Assembly: GCF_046105845.1 (NCBI RefSeq)
Contig: NZ_CP151004.1
DNA: 64,000 nucleotides
Source: Escherichia coli
Lineage (GTDB): Bacteria > Pseudomonadota > Gammaproteobacteria > Enterobacterales > Enterobacteriaceae
Direction: 5' to 3' (one strand)
The first letter of the stretch is position 1. Every line of letters starts with the position of its first letter. Positions 11,828 to 24,400 of the stretch are shown here, piece by piece. The position numbers were made by a program, and so were the translations under genes. The notes beneath the pieces are model-generated. The model ran no database searches and was not told the origin of the DNA. It was given only the letters and a program-made list of their open reading frames with translations.

Positions 11828-13888
11828 ATGAGCAAGGCAGGCAAAATAACCGCTGCGATTTCAGGGGCTTTCTTGTTGTTGATTGTCGTGGCGATCATTT
11901 TGATTGCAACTTTTGATTGGAATCGACTCAAACCGACCATCAACCAGAAAGTCTCTGCGGAGTTGAATCGTCCGTTCGCTATCCGTGGCGATCTGGGCGT
12001 CGTGTGGGAGCGACAAAAACAAGAAACTGGCTGGCGCAGCTGGGTGCCGTGGCCCCATATACACGCGGAAGACATCATTCTCGGCAACCCACCAGATATT
12101 CCCGAAGTCACAATGGTGCATTTGCCACGCGTAGAGGCAACACTGGCCCCGCTGGCGCTGCTGACCAAAACGGTCTGGTTGCCGTGGATCAAGCTCGAAA
12201 AGCCCGACGCACGCCTGATTCGCCTCTCAGAAAAGAACAATAACTGGACCTTTAATCTCGCCAACGATGATAACAAAGACGCGACTGCAAAGCCGTCGGC
12301 ATGGTCGTTTCGGCTGGATAATATTCTGTTCGATCAAGGGCGGATCGCCATTGATGACAAAGTAAGCAAAGCGGATCTGGAAATTTTTGTCGATCCGTTA
12401 GGCAAGGCGCTGCCGTTCAGCGAAGTTACTGGATCGAAAGGTAAAGCGGATAAAGAAAAGGTGGGTGATTACGTTTTTGGCCTGAAGGCGCAGGGACGTT
12501 ATAACGGTGAACCGCTCACGGGTACGGGAAAAATAGGCGGTATGCTGGCGCTGCGTGGCGAAGGGACGCCGTTTCCGGTACAGGCTGATTTCCGCTCTGG
12601 TAACACCCGTGTTGCTTTTGATGGCGTTGTGAATGACCCAATGAAGATGGGTGGTGTCGATTTACGGCTTAAATTTTCTGGCGATTCGCTGGGTGATCTC
12701 TATGAACTGACGGGCGTTCTGCTGCCCGATACCCCGCCGTTTGAAACGGATGGTCGGCTGGTAGCGAAAATCGACACTGAAAAATCGTCGGTCTTTGATT
12801 ATCGCGGTTTTAATGGGCGCATTGGCGATAGCGATATCCACGGTTCTCTGGTCTACACCACCGGCAAGCCACGACCAAAACTAGAAGGTGATGTCGAGTC
12901 GCGGCAATTGCGGCTGGCGGACCTGGGACCGTTGATTGGCGTTGATTCCGGGAAAGGAGCTGAAAAGTCGAAACGGTCTGAACAGAAGAAGGGTGAAAAA
13001 AGCATTCAGCCTGCGGGCAAAGTGCTGCCTTATGACCGCTTCGAAACCGATAAATGGGACGTCATGGATGCCGATGTTCACTTCAAAGGGCGGCGCATTG
13101 AGCATGGCAGTAGCCTGCCGATTAGCGATCTTTCTACTCATATCATCCTCAAAAATGCTGACCTGCGCCTGCAACCGCTGAAATTTGGCATGGCGGGCGG
13201 CAGCATTGCGGCGAATATTCATCTGGAAGGTGATAAAAAACCGATGCAGGGGCGGGCAGATATTCAGGCCCGTCGGCTGAAACTGAAAGAACTGATGCCC
13301 GATGTGGAACTGATGCAGAAGACGCTGGGGGAAATGAACGGTGACGCGGAACTACGCGGTAGCGGTAACTCGGTGGCGGCGCTTCTAGGCAACAGTAACG
13401 GCAACCTGAAACTGTTGATGAATGACGGGCTGGTGAGCCGCAACCTGATGGAGATTGTCGGGCTGAATGTCGGTAACTACATTGTCGGTGCGATATTTGG
13501 TGACGATGAGGTGCGGGTGAACTGTGCGGCGGCGAATCTGGATATTGCCAACGGCGTGGCGCGTCCGCAGATTTTTGCTTTTGATACTGAGAATGCGTTG
13601 ATCAATGTTACCGGCACGGCAAGTTTTGCTTCGGAGCAACTGGATTTGACTATCGATCCAGAAAGTAAAGGGATTCGGATTATCACGCTGCGTTCGCCGC
13701 TGTATGTGCGTGGGACGTTTAAAAATCCGCAGGCTGGGGTAAAAGCCGGACCGTTGATTGCTCGCGGAGCCGTCGCGGCGGCACTGGCAACGCTGGTAAC
13801 ACCAGCGGCGGCGTTACTGGCGCTGATCTCACCTTCCGAAGGGGAGGCTAATCAGTGTCGGACGATTTTGTCGCAGATGAAGAAGTGA
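11828..13888 (+). CDS. yhjG: AsmA-family inner-membrane-anchored protein YhjG
   Basis: About 686 aa, N-terminal TM anchor (ITAAISGAFLLLIVVAIILIATF) then large soluble region; alternative upstream ATG at 11813. Confidence 0.88.
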   Translation: MSKAGKITAAISGAFLLLIVVAIILIATFDWNRLKPTINQKVSAELNRPFAIRGDLGVVWERQKQETGWRSWVPWPHIHAEDIILGNPPDIPEVTMVHLPRVEATLAPLALLTKTVWLPWIKLEKPDARLIRLSEKNNNWTFNLANDDNKDATAKPSAWSFRLDNILFDQGRIAIDDKVSKADLEIFVDPLGKALPFSEVTGSKGKADKEKVGDYVFGLKAQGRYNGEPLTGTGKIGGMLALRGEGTPFPVQADFRSGNTRVAFDGVVNDPMKMGGVDLRLKFSGDSLGDLYELTGVLLPDTPPFETDGRLVAKIDTEKSSVFDYRGFNGRIGDSDIHGSLVYTTGKPRPKLEGDVESRQLRLADLGPLIGVDSGKGAEKSKRSEQKKGEKSIQPAGKVLPYDRFETDKWDVMDADVHFKGRRIEHGSSLPISDLSTHIILKNADLRLQPLKFGMAGGSIAANIHLEGDKKPMQGRADIQARRLKLKELMPDVELMQKTLGEMNGDAELRGSGNSVAALLGNSNGNLKLLMNDGLVSRNLMEIVGLNVGNYIVGAIFGDDEVRVNCAAANLDIANGVARPQIFAFDTENALINVTGTASFASEQLDLTIDPESKGIRIITLRSPLYVRGTFKNPQAGVKAGPLIARGAVAAALATLVTPAAALLALISPSEGEANQCRTILSQMKK

Positions 13889-13930
13889 TGAGGTTGGATT
13901 GTGTTTGTTGGTGAGTTCGGGAGCAGCGTG

Positions 13931-14107
13931 TTCCCCTCACCCTAACCCTCTCCCCAAAGGGGCGAGGGGACTGTTTTGTGCGTGTTGAAACAACGAGTAC
14001 CGCTTTTCCGTTCACTTTCTGGGGGGAGGGCTGTTATGTTCGCGATATAACATCTCGCTCCGCTTTTCTCCCTCTCCCTTTCAGGGAGAGGGCCGGGGTG
14101 AGGGTGG
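13931..14107. repeat. Pair of inverted GC-rich palindromic intergenic repeat units (REP/BIME-like; exact family not determined)
   Basis: Unit 1 at 13931-13972 (ttcccctcaccctaaccctctccccaaaggggcgagggg) and an inverted unit at 14068-14107 (ctccctctccctttcagggagagggccggggtgagggtgg). Confidence 0.7.
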
Positions 14108-14122
14108 CAGCCCGCACGATAC

Positions 14123-15445
14123 TTACAACGACTGATGTCGTGTCTCATGGGTCAGCAGCAGGGCGATTAAGGTCAAGCCAGCCATCGCCGCCAGATATAA
14201 CCCCACCGCACCTAACCCGTAGTTAGTCTGCAACCAGGCTGCGATATACGGCGCAACGGAAGCCCCGAGAATCGACGCTACGTTGTAAGAGAACGATGCT
14301 CCGGTGTAACGCACTTCTGTCGGGAACAGCTCTGGTAACAGCGCGCCCATCGGCCCGAAGGTCAGTCCCATCAGACTTAACCCCAGCAGCAGGAAGGCAA
14401 AAACCAGAATCGGGTTGCCAGAACCGAGCAGAGGGTTAAAGGCGAACAGCGCGAACAGGATGATCAGCGTGGTGATGATTACCATGCTTTTACGGCGACC
14501 AAAGGCATCAGCCAGTAATCCGGCGACTGGCACCATCACGCCAAAACCAATCACTGCCATCATCAGCATCCACAATACTTCGTTACGCGGCAGGCCAAGC
14601 CCAACTGGCGCGGCGGCGGTACTAAAGGTCATAGAGTAGACCGTCATGATGTAAAACAGCGTATAGGTTGCCAGCATGATGAAGGTACCGAGCACCGTGA
14701 CGCGTACGTGTTTGGTCAGCAGCGTACCCAGCGGGATCTTCACCTGCTTTTTCGCTTTAGCGACTTTCTCAAACACCGGCGACTCATGCAGCGACACGCG
14801 AACATACAGGCCGATAATGACCAGCACCGCCGAGAAGATAAACGGCACGCGCCAACCCCAGCTCATAAACTGCTCGTCGGTCAGTAGCCAGGAAAGCAGT
14901 AAGAAAGTGCCGTTGGCAAAGAAGAAGCCAATCGGTGCGCCCAGCTGCGGGAAGGAGCCGTACAATGCACGTTTGCGCGGTGGGGCGTTTTCAGTCGCCA
15001 GCAGCGCCGCGCCGCCCCATTCACCGCCTAAGCCCAGACCCTGACCAAATCGAGCCAGTGCCAGCAGCAGCGGGGCGAAAATACCAATCGTGGCATAGCC
15101 CGGCAGCAGACCAATCACCACGGTCGAAATCCCCATCGTTAGCAACGAGGCGACCAGCGTCGCTTTACGCCCAACACGATCGCCAAAATGACCAAAGACG
15201 GCAGAGCCAATAGGGCGCGCGACGAAGGCGATGGCGAAAGTGGCAAGCGACTGTAGCGTTGCTGCCGTAGGATCGCCCTGCGGGAAGAAGATATGCGGAA
15301 ACACAATAACGGCCGCAGTGGCGTAAATATAAAAGTCGAAGAACTCAATGGCCGTGCCAATGAGAGAGGCGACAAGGACTTTATTACGCGAGTTGATCGG
15401 CGTGTATTCTTGCTCGTGGTCGAGTGTTGTGGCTGTTGCTTGCAT
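14123..15445 (-). CDS. yhjE: MFS metabolite:H+ symporter-family transporter YhjE
   Basis: 440-aa ORF with about 12 hydrophobic segments and an MFS-like GxxxD/RxGRR region (FGHFGDRVGRK). Confidence 0.92.
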   Translation of the reverse strand: MQATATTLDHEQEYTPINSRNKVLVASLIGTAIEFFDFYIYATAAVIVFPHIFFPQGDPTAATLQSLATFAIAFVARPIGSAVFGHFGDRVGRKATLVASLLTMGISTVVIGLLPGYATIGIFAPLLLALARFGQGLGLGGEWGGAALLATENAPPRKRALYGSFPQLGAPIGFFFANGTFLLLSWLLTDEQFMSWGWRVPFIFSAVLVIIGLYVRVSLHESPVFEKVAKAKKQVKIPLGTLLTKHVRVTVLGTFIMLATYTLFYIMTVYSMTFSTAAAPVGLGLPRNEVLWMLMMAVIGFGVMVPVAGLLADAFGRRKSMVIITTLIILFALFAFNPLLGSGNPILVFAFLLLGLSLMGLTFGPMGALLPELFPTEVRYTGASFSYNVASILGASVAPYIAAWLQTNYGLGAVGLYLAAMAGLTLIALLLTHETRHQSL

Positions 15446-15760
15446 AATCTTTTCTTATTTTTTGGCTAACGAATAGCCATATTACGCACAGCAAAAGTGA
15501 TATTTCAATGTGTAACAAATCGCGGAAATAGTCAAAAATCAGGCAAAAAGGGGATAATGTTTAGGCCAGTGATTTTTCTTCTATGAAATGCTTCACATAA
15601 TTTTATAAATGGTGGATAAAACTGGTTTCAGGTTAAATAAAAGTTACCAACTGGATTTATATGCTGGGGTTATGAGTTGGAATGAAATTGTTTGCTCCTG
15701 AAGAGATGTAGTTTCAGGTGGTTATGTGCATGTCATTGCCTGGTCTCTGGCTGGCTTGTA

Positions 15761-15803
15761 CCCCCTCACCCTAATCCTCTCCCCGAAGGGGCGAGGGGAT
15801 CGA
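15761..15803. repeat. Third copy of the GC-rich palindromic repeat unit
   Basis: ccccctcaccctaatcctctccccgaaggggcgaggggatcg, same orientation as the unit at 13931. Confidence 0.7.
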
Positions 15804-15836
15804 CCGTGCGTTTATCAGGCATTATAAACCAATGAA

Positions 15837-16850
15837 TTACCGCTGCGTTTTCCCCGGCATTCGCGGGTCGTCTTTATATTCGGCGGTGGCAATCCACGCC
15901 GCGCAAAACAGCGTCAAACGGGCGAAGAAGTAGAAAAACGCCATCAGCCCCAGCACGGAACCAAATGCTGCGCCAGAGGGGGATTTCATCAGCGATGGCA
16001 GGGTGTAGGTCATCACGATTTTAATCACTTCAAAACCAATCGCAGCCAGAAATGTTCCGCGAATCAGGGCTTTTTTGCGCGGACGGTGGCGCGGTAACCG
16101 CCAGAAGATCCAGAAGAAAAGCAGATAGTTGGCGAAGATGGAAATCGCCAGGCCAATCAACCGCCACGTCGGTTTCAGCCACTCAATGCTGTTCAGGTGC
16201 AGGGCGCTAATAATCATTTGCTGCGCCGAACCGGCAACCGAGGTGATCGAAAGCGTCACAATCAGTGCAATCAACAAACCAATCAGCGAAATAAAATCAC
16301 GCAGATATTTTACCCAGAACTTCTCCTGATCTTGCGGCGAGCGTTCCCAGACATCGCGTGACTGGGCGCGAATCGCTTCACGCAGGTTACCCATCCAGTT
16401 GATGCCGGAATAAAGCGCCACCGCCAGGCCGACAAGCCCTACGGTAGTACGCTGCTGAACGGCGGTGTTAATGGTGTTTTTCAACGTGGCGGCTAGCGTC
16501 GGATCGCTGATGTTTTGCAGAATTTTGTCGAAGATATCCTGTAGCAACATCGGATGGGAGGCCAGCACAAAGCCCCCTGCGGCAAACGACACCATCAAAA
16601 TCGGGATCATCGATAAAAATGAGAAATAGGTGATAGCCGCACCAAACTGGTTACCCAGCCGATCGTTAAAGCGCTCTGTTGCGCGAATCAGGTGCGCAAT
16701 AACCGGTTGGCGTTGGACTTTTTCGGCAGTGGTGGTGACGGTTTCCAGCGCCTGGCTAACTTTGCCGCCTTTCTCGCTATTATCCAACTGCTTAATCGGC
16801 TCGTGCTCCAGATCCTGGGTGGGACGTTTGATCTCGTTTTCCTGCGTCAT
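15837..16850 (-). CDS. yhjD: YihY/BrkB-family inner membrane protein YhjD
   Basis: 337-aa ORF, polar N-terminus followed by multiple TM segments. Confidence 0.9.
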   Translation of the reverse strand: MTQENEIKRPTQDLEHEPIKQLDNSEKGGKVSQALETVTTTAEKVQRQPVIAHLIRATERFNDRLGNQFGAAITYFSFLSMIPILMVSFAAGGFVLASHPMLLQDIFDKILQNISDPTLAATLKNTINTAVQQRTTVGLVGLAVALYSGINWMGNLREAIRAQSRDVWERSPQDQEKFWVKYLRDFISLIGLLIALIVTLSITSVAGSAQQMIISALHLNSIEWLKPTWRLIGLAISIFANYLLFFWIFWRLPRHRPRKKALIRGTFLAAIGFEVIKIVMTYTLPSLMKSPSGAAFGSVLGLMAFFYFFARLTLFCAAWIATAEYKDDPRMPGKTQR

Positions 16851-16898
16851 CCGCTCTTTTGTCCTTCTGTCGTGGTCATTCTTAAAAAGTATAGTCGG

Positions 16899-17798
16899 TC
16901 AGTCCAGGTGCTCTTTCATTACGCCAGCCAGCCACTGCATAAACAGGTTTACACGCCGGGAAAGCTCCCGACGCTGCGGATAAATCAGCGAAAGGGAGAG
17001 CGGCTCGGCACGGTAGCCAGGCAACACTTCAATAAGCCGCCCGGCACGCAGGGCTTCGCGCACGGCAATGCGCGGGATCTGAATAATCCCCAGACCGGCA
17101 AGACCGGCGGCGAGATAGTTTTCGCGACTGTTTACCGTCAACATGCCGCCAGACTTAAACCACTGGACGCCATTAACGCTGGCAACCTCAAAACCTAACG
17201 GATGTACACCCAGGTGCGGTGTGTAGCGCACTATTGCGTGCGAAGTCAGATCGTCGGGGCTTTGAGGATAACCAAAGCGCGTCAGATAGTGCGGACTGGC
17301 ACAGTTGACCATGGTCAGTTTGCCGAGGGGACGGGCGATAACGCCATTTTCCGGTAACGCGCCAGTGCGTATCACGCAATCAAAACCATCGTGAAGAATA
17401 TCTACCGGACGGTCATGGCTACTCAGCTCCAGCTCAATTCCCGGATGCAGATAGAGAAATTCCGACAGACGCGGCAGTAACAGGCTTTTCGCGATTCCTG
17501 GCGGGATGTCGATGCGTAATTTACCGCTGATACTGGTGGCATCCTGTTGAAACAGACCGTCCAGTTCGTTGAGATTACTCAACACATCTTTTGCCCGTTG
17601 ATAATAGGTCATGCCTTCTGGCGTGAGTTTGACCCGCCGCGTGGTGCGCTGGAGAAGCTGGGTGCCAAGTTGATGTTCCAGTGCCTGTATCTGGCGCGAA
17701 ACACTTCCCTTTGGCAAAGCAAAGAAATCCGCCGCGCGGGAAAAACTTTCCAGCTCCGCGACTTTGATGAACAACTGCATTGCGTGAATTTTATCCAT
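16899..17798 (-). CDS. yhjC: LysR-family transcriptional regulator YhjC
   Basis: Start taken at internal Met (MDKIHAMQLFIKVAELESFSRAADF...), a typical LysR N-terminal HTH; the ORF extends 24 codons further upstream. Confidence 0.88.
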   Translation of the reverse strand: MDKIHAMQLFIKVAELESFSRAADFFALPKGSVSRQIQALEHQLGTQLLQRTTRRVKLTPEGMTYYQRAKDVLSNLNELDGLFQQDATSISGKLRIDIPPGIAKSLLLPRLSEFLYLHPGIELELSSHDRPVDILHDGFDCVIRTGALPENGVIARPLGKLTMVNCASPHYLTRFGYPQSPDDLTSHAIVRYTPHLGVHPLGFEVASVNGVQWFKSGGMLTVNSRENYLAAGLAGLGIIQIPRIAVREALRAGRLIEVLPGYRAEPLSLSLIYPQRRELSRRVNLFMQWLAGVMKEHLD

Positions 17799-18316
17799 TT
17801 CTTTGACCGATTGTTGTTCACAGCGAAACAGTAACGCGCATATCGCATTGTTTATTGTTTTTTCTAACATCTAATGCCGGGTTTCACAATGTTGTCATGA
17901 CGAATGTAGCGATTTCTCAGCAGGAAAATGGCGGAATAGCTTTATGAGAAGGTGAATCCCCTTAAACAGAGCGTATTTTTCAGCGATTCCCTTTAAAGTG
18001 AACAGAGGACGTATTGGCTATTTGTGCTTATTTTTGTCTCATTGCCATTTGTTATTTTTGCTTGTGGTCGCGGAGTTTCATTTTTAATTGCATGCGTACT
18101 AACCATCAATATAAGGAAATCCTCAAAATTGTTTTAAATAGTGCCCTCGACATGTAATTTCAGGCGTTTAGCTGTAACTATTTATATCGGTAACTATTTT
18201 CTACGCGTCATCTCTGTAGAATGGCTACCGCCAAATGGCGAATTCTTATTTTTTCTCGCGGGTAATACCCTTCCACTACTTAAGTCTTTTTAACGTATTC
18301 AGGTGGAGATTCAGTT

Positions 18317-18919
18317 ATGCAAATAGTCATGTTTGACAGGCAGTCAATATTTATTCATGGAATGAAAATCAGTTTACAGCAGCGTATTCCAGGAGTGAGT
18401 ATTCAGGGGGCCAGTCAGGCAGATGAGTTATGGCAAAAGCTGGAAAGTTACCCTGAAGCCTTAGTGATGCTCGATGGCGATCAGGATGGTGAGTTTTGCT
18501 ACTGGTTGCTGCAAAAAACCGTGGTGCAATTTCCTGAGATTAAGGTGTTAATCACGGCGACGGATTGCAATAAACGGTGGTTACAGGAAGTTATCCATTT
18601 TAATGTGCTGGCCATTGTGCCTCGTGATTCAACCGTTGAGACATTTGCGTTGGCGGTAAATAGTGCGGCGATGGGGATGATGTTTCTGCCGGGAGACTGG
18701 CGAACGACGCCGGAAAAGGACATTAAAGATCTCAAATCGTTAAGCGCCCGCCAGCGGGAGATTTTAACCATGTTAGCGGCGGGCGAATCAAATAAGGAGA
18801 TCGGCAGGGCGCTGAATATCAGTACCGGAACGGTAAAAGCGCATCTGGAATCCCTGTATCGCCGTCTGGAAGTGAAAAATCGCACCCAGGCGGCAATGAT
18901 GTTAAATATCTCCTCCTGA
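18317..18919 (+). CDS. yhjB: LuxR/FixJ-type HTH regulator with receiver-like N-terminal domain, YhjB
   Basis: 200-aa ORF; C-terminal LuxR-type HTH (LSARQREILTMLAAGESNKEIGRALNISTGTVKAHLESLYRRL). Confidence 0.88.
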   Translation: MQIVMFDRQSIFIHGMKISLQQRIPGVSIQGASQADELWQKLESYPEALVMLDGDQDGEFCYWLLQKTVVQFPEIKVLITATDCNKRWLQEVIHFNVLAIVPRDSTVETFALAVNSAAMGMMFLPGDWRTTPEKDIKDLKSLSARQREILTMLAAGESNKEIGRALNISTGTVKAHLESLYRRLEVKNRTQAAMMLNISS

Positions 18920-18969
18920 AGAGGATAATTTTACAGCCAGCAGGAAGTTAGCGGCTGGCTGTAAAAATA

Positions 18970-20649
<1,680 letters not shown>

Positions 20650-21023
20650 TTATCGGGCTTTTCTTTAAGGGTAGTCATTCGCTCCGCCTGGTGGGCGACA
20701 AAGCGTGCGGTGGATCACGTTTATTAACCTGTCAAAAAATATAACGCACTAATATCCATGGAATTTATAAAAATACAGATTTCGTGTTGTTTTTCATTTT
20801 CAGAACATTCAATCCTACTCTCGCCGCAATCATGATATGCCATTCCTGATCTGGATAATAGGCATAGGCTATCTTATTGATAGTTTATATTCATGTAATT
20901 GATTGATTCCTATCAAAAAGCGTATCTCCCTGTTTTTTATGATGGCTTTGTCTCGCAGAGACGTTTGCAGCATTCTGGAAAATTTTCTGGGTCACAATAA
21001 CTCACCACCGTGAGGGAAGAATA

Positions 21024-22421
21024 ATGAAAATGGTCTCACGTATTACCGCGATCGGCCTGGCTGGCGTCGCGATTTGCTATTTAGGGTTATCTGGTTATGT
21101 GTGGTACCACGATAATAAACGCAGTAAACAGGCTGATGTTCAGGCATCTGCTGTCAGTGAAAATAATCAGGTTTTAGGCTTTCTCCGCGAAAAAGGATGC
21201 GACTATTGCCACACGCCTTCGGCAGAATTACCCGCCTATTATTATATTCCTGGCGCGAAACAGTTGATGGATTACGACATTAAGCTCGGATATAAATCTT
21301 TTAACCTCGAGGCCGTGCGTGCGGCTCTGCTGGCTGATAAACCTGTTTCGCAAAGCGATCTGAATAAGATTGAATGGGTGATGCAGTATGAAACTATGCC
21401 ACCAACGCGTTATACCGCGCTACACTGGGCGGGTAAGGTGAGTGATGAAGAGCGGGCGGAAATACTGGCCTGGATTGCAAAACAGCGCGCAGAATATTAC
21501 GCCAGTAATGATACTGCTCCGGAGCATCGCAATGAACCGGTGCAGCCCATCCCGCAAAAACTGCCTACCGATGCGCAAAAAGTGGCGTTGGGCTTTGCGC
21601 TGTATCACGATCCCCGTTTATCGGCTGATAGCACCATTTCATGCGCTCATTGCCATGCGTTGAATGCGGGGGGCGTCGATGGCAGAAAAACATCGATTGG
21701 TGTTGGTGGCGCAGTTGGGCCGATTAACGCGCCGACGGTATTTAACTCAGTATTTAACGTTGAGCAGTTCTGGGATGGTCGTGCGGCAACATTGCAGGAT
21801 CAGGCTGGTGGACCGCCGTTGAACCCGATTGAAATGGCGTCGAAATCCTGGGACGAAATTATTGCTAAGCTGGAAAAAGATCCGCAGCTTAAAGCTCAGT
21901 TCCTCGAAGTCTATCCGCAAGGTTTCAGTGGCGAAAATATTACTGATGCCATTGCTGAATTTGAGAAAACATTAATTACGCCGGATTCCCCATTTGATAA
22001 ATGGTTGCGTGGAGATGAGAATGCGCTGACGGCACAACAGAAAAAAGGCTATCAATTATTTAAAGATAATAAATGTGCAACTTGTCATGGTGGTATTATT
22101 CTCGGCGGACGTTCCTTCGAACCGTTGGGGCTGAAAAAAGACTTTAATTTTGGTGAAATTACGGCGGCGGATATTGGTCGTATGAATGTGACTAAAGAAG
22201 AGCGCGATAAATTGCGTCAGAAAGTACCCGGTTTACGTAACGTTGCACTAACGGCACCGTACTTCCATCGCGGTGATGTGCCGACGCTGGACGGGGCGGT
22301 GAAACTGATGTTGCGCTATCAGGTAGGCAAAGAGCTGCCGCAGGAGGATGTGGATGATATCGTAGCTTTCCTGCACAGTCTGAACGGGGTTTACACGCCG
22401 TATATGCAGGATAAACAATAA
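21024..22421 (+). CDS. yhjA: Membrane-anchored c-type cytochrome peroxidase YhjA with three CXXCH haem motifs
   Basis: 465-aa ORF with N-terminal TM anchor and motifs CDYCH, CAHCH and CATCH. Confidence 0.93.
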   Translation: MKMVSRITAIGLAGVAICYLGLSGYVWYHDNKRSKQADVQASAVSENNQVLGFLREKGCDYCHTPSAELPAYYYIPGAKQLMDYDIKLGYKSFNLEAVRAALLADKPVSQSDLNKIEWVMQYETMPPTRYTALHWAGKVSDEERAEILAWIAKQRAEYYASNDTAPEHRNEPVQPIPQKLPTDAQKVALGFALYHDPRLSADSTISCAHCHALNAGGVDGRKTSIGVGGAVGPINAPTVFNSVFNVEQFWDGRAATLQDQAGGPPLNPIEMASKSWDEIIAKLEKDPQLKAQFLEVYPQGFSGENITDAIAEFEKTLITPDSPFDKWLRGDENALTAQQKKGYQLFKDNKCATCHGGIILGGRSFEPLGLKKDFNFGEITAADIGRMNVTKEERDKLRQKVPGLRNVALTAPYFHRGDVPTLDGAVKLMLRYQVGKELPQEDVDDIVAFLHSLNGVYTPYMQDKQ

Positions 22422-22532
22422 TTAATTTAATCGCCCGAACAGGAATGTTCGGGTGATTTTTATTGCGATAATAAAGTCTGTTTTTAATATTATCATGTTA
22501 AATGTTTATATTATAAAAAGTCGTTTTTCTGC

Positions 22533-22552
22533 TTAGGATTTTGTTATTTAAA
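22533..22552 (+). promoter_or_regulatory. GAD box (GadE/GadX/GadW-dependent activation site) upstream of gadA
   Basis: ttaggattttgttatttaaa matches the 20-bp GAD box as recalled; about 80 bp upstream of the gadA ATG. Confidence 0.7.
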
Positions 22553-22631
22553 TTAAGCCTGTAATGCCTTGCTTCCATTGCGGATAAATCCTACTTTTTT
22601 ATTGCCTTCAAATAAATTTAAGGAGTTCGAA

Positions 22632-24032
22632 ATGGACCAGAAGCTGTTAACGGATTTCCGCTCAGAACTACTCGATTCACGTTTTGGCGCAAAGGCCATT
22701 TCTACTATCGCGGAGTCAAAACGATTTCCGCTGCATGAAATGCGCGATGATGTCGCATTCCAGATTATCAATGATGAATTATATCTTGATGGCAACGCTC
22801 GTCAGAACCTGGCCACTTTCTGCCAGACCTGGGACGACGAAAATGTCCACAAGTTGATGGATTTATCCATTAACAAAAACTGGATCGACAAAGAAGAATA
22901 TCCGCAATCTGCAGCCATCGACCTGCGTTGCGTAAACATGGTTGCCGATCTGTGGCATGCGCCTGCGCCGAAAAATGGTCAGGCCGTTGGCACCAACACC
23001 ATTGGTTCTTCCGAGGCCTGTATGCTCGGCGGGATGGCGATGAAATGGCGTTGGCGCAAGCGTATGGAAGCTGCAGGCAAACCGACCAACAAACCAAACC
23101 TGGTGTGCGGTCCGGTACAAATCTGCTGGCATAAATTCGCCCGCTACTGGGATGTGGAGCTGCGTGAGATCCCTATGCGCCCCGGTCAGTTGTTTATGGA
23201 CCCGAAACGCATGATTGAAGCCTGCGACGAAAACACCATCGGCGTGGTGCCGACTTTCGGCGTGACCTACACCGGTAACTATGAGTTCCCGCAACCGCTG
23301 CACGATGCGCTGGATAAATTCCAGGCCGACACCGGTATCGACATCGACATGCACATCGACGCCGCCAGCGGTGGCTTCCTGGCACCGTTCGTCGCCCCGG
23401 ATATCGTCTGGGACTTCCGCCTGCCGCGTGTGAAATCGATCAGTGCTTCAGGCCATAAATTCGGTCTGGCTCCGCTGGGCTGCGGCTGGGTTATCTGGCG
23501 TGATGAAGAAGCGCTGCCGCAGGAACTGGTGTTCAACGTTGACTATCTCGGTGGTCAGATAGGGACTTTCGCCATCAACTTCTCCCGCCCGGCGGGTCAG
23601 GTAATTGCACAGTACTATGAATTCCTGCGCCTCGGTCGTGAAGGCTATACCAAAGTACAGAACGCCTCTTACCAGGTTGCCGCTTATCTGGCGGATGAAA
23701 TCGCCAAACTGGGGCCGTATGAGTTCATCTGTACCGGTCGCCCGGACGAAGGCATCCCGGCGGTTTGCTTCAAACTGAAAGATGGTGAAGATCCGGGATA
23801 CACCCTCTACGACCTCTCTGAACGTCTGCGTCTGCGCGGCTGGCAGGTTCCGGCCTTCACTCTCGGCGGTGAAGCCACCGACATCGTGGTGATGCGCATT
23901 ATGTGTCGTCGCGGCTTCGAAATGGACTTTGCTGAACTGTTGCTGGAAGACTACAAAGCCTCCCTGAAATATCTCAGCGATCACCCGAAACTGCAGGGTA
24001 TTGCCCAGCAGAACAGCTTTAAACACACCTGA
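22632..24032 (+). CDS. gadA: Glutamate decarboxylase alpha (PLP-dependent)
   Basis: 466-aa sequence from ATG 22632 ([21 protein letters not shown]...) with SD aaggag upstream; called gadA rather than gadB because gadX lies directly downstream. Confidence 0.95.
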   Translation: MDQKLLTDFRSELLDSRFGAKAISTIAESKRFPLHEMRDDVAFQIINDELYLDGNARQNLATFCQTWDDENVHKLMDLSINKNWIDKEEYPQSAAIDLRCVNMVADLWHAPAPKNGQAVGTNTIGSSEACMLGGMAMKWRWRKRMEAAGKPTNKPNLVCGPVQICWHKFARYWDVELREIPMRPGQLFMDPKRMIEACDENTIGVVPTFGVTYTGNYEFPQPLHDALDKFQADTGIDIDMHIDAASGGFLAPFVAPDIVWDFRLPRVKSISASGHKFGLAPLGCGWVIWRDEEALPQELVFNVDYLGGQIGTFAINFSRPAGQVIAQYYEFLRLGREGYTKVQNASYQVAAYLADEIAKLGPYEFICTGRPDEGIPAVCFKLKDGEDPGYTLYDLSERLRLRGWQVPAFTLGGEATDIVVMRIMCRRGFEMDFAELLLEDYKASLKYLSDHPKLQGIAQQNSFKHT

Positions 24033-24050
24033 TAACATAACGTTGTAAAA

Positions 24051-24097
24051 ACCGAATGCCCAACCTTTAAAAAACAGTTGGGCATTCGGTTGCTTAT
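24051..24097 (+). terminator. Rho-independent terminator of gadA
   Basis: Perfect 14-bp stem accgaatgcccaac / gttgggcattcggt followed by tgcttatt. Confidence 0.8.
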
Positions 24098-24400
24098 TAA
24101 TCGCAATAATATATTGGCTGTCTATTCATCGTGTTGATAAGATATATGTTATATGAATGTTTATTAAATGTAGCAATTATATTTAATGTAACAAAAAGGG
24201 ATTATTTGCTTACTATTAATTTCCCTGCGTTCTTATACACGTTTTTGTATTATAAATCCAGTCATCCTGCCCGTAGAACATCACACATTATCATCCTGTT
24301 TTCCCGCTTCGTTTAAATTTATTTATCAATCAATTTGACTTAAGAGGGCGGCGTGCTACATTAATAAACAGTAATATGTTTATGTAATATTAAGCCAACT

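Noticed and set aside
23448-24038. 196-aa minus-strand ORF inside gadA
   Set aside because: Antisense to a highly conserved gene; spurious.
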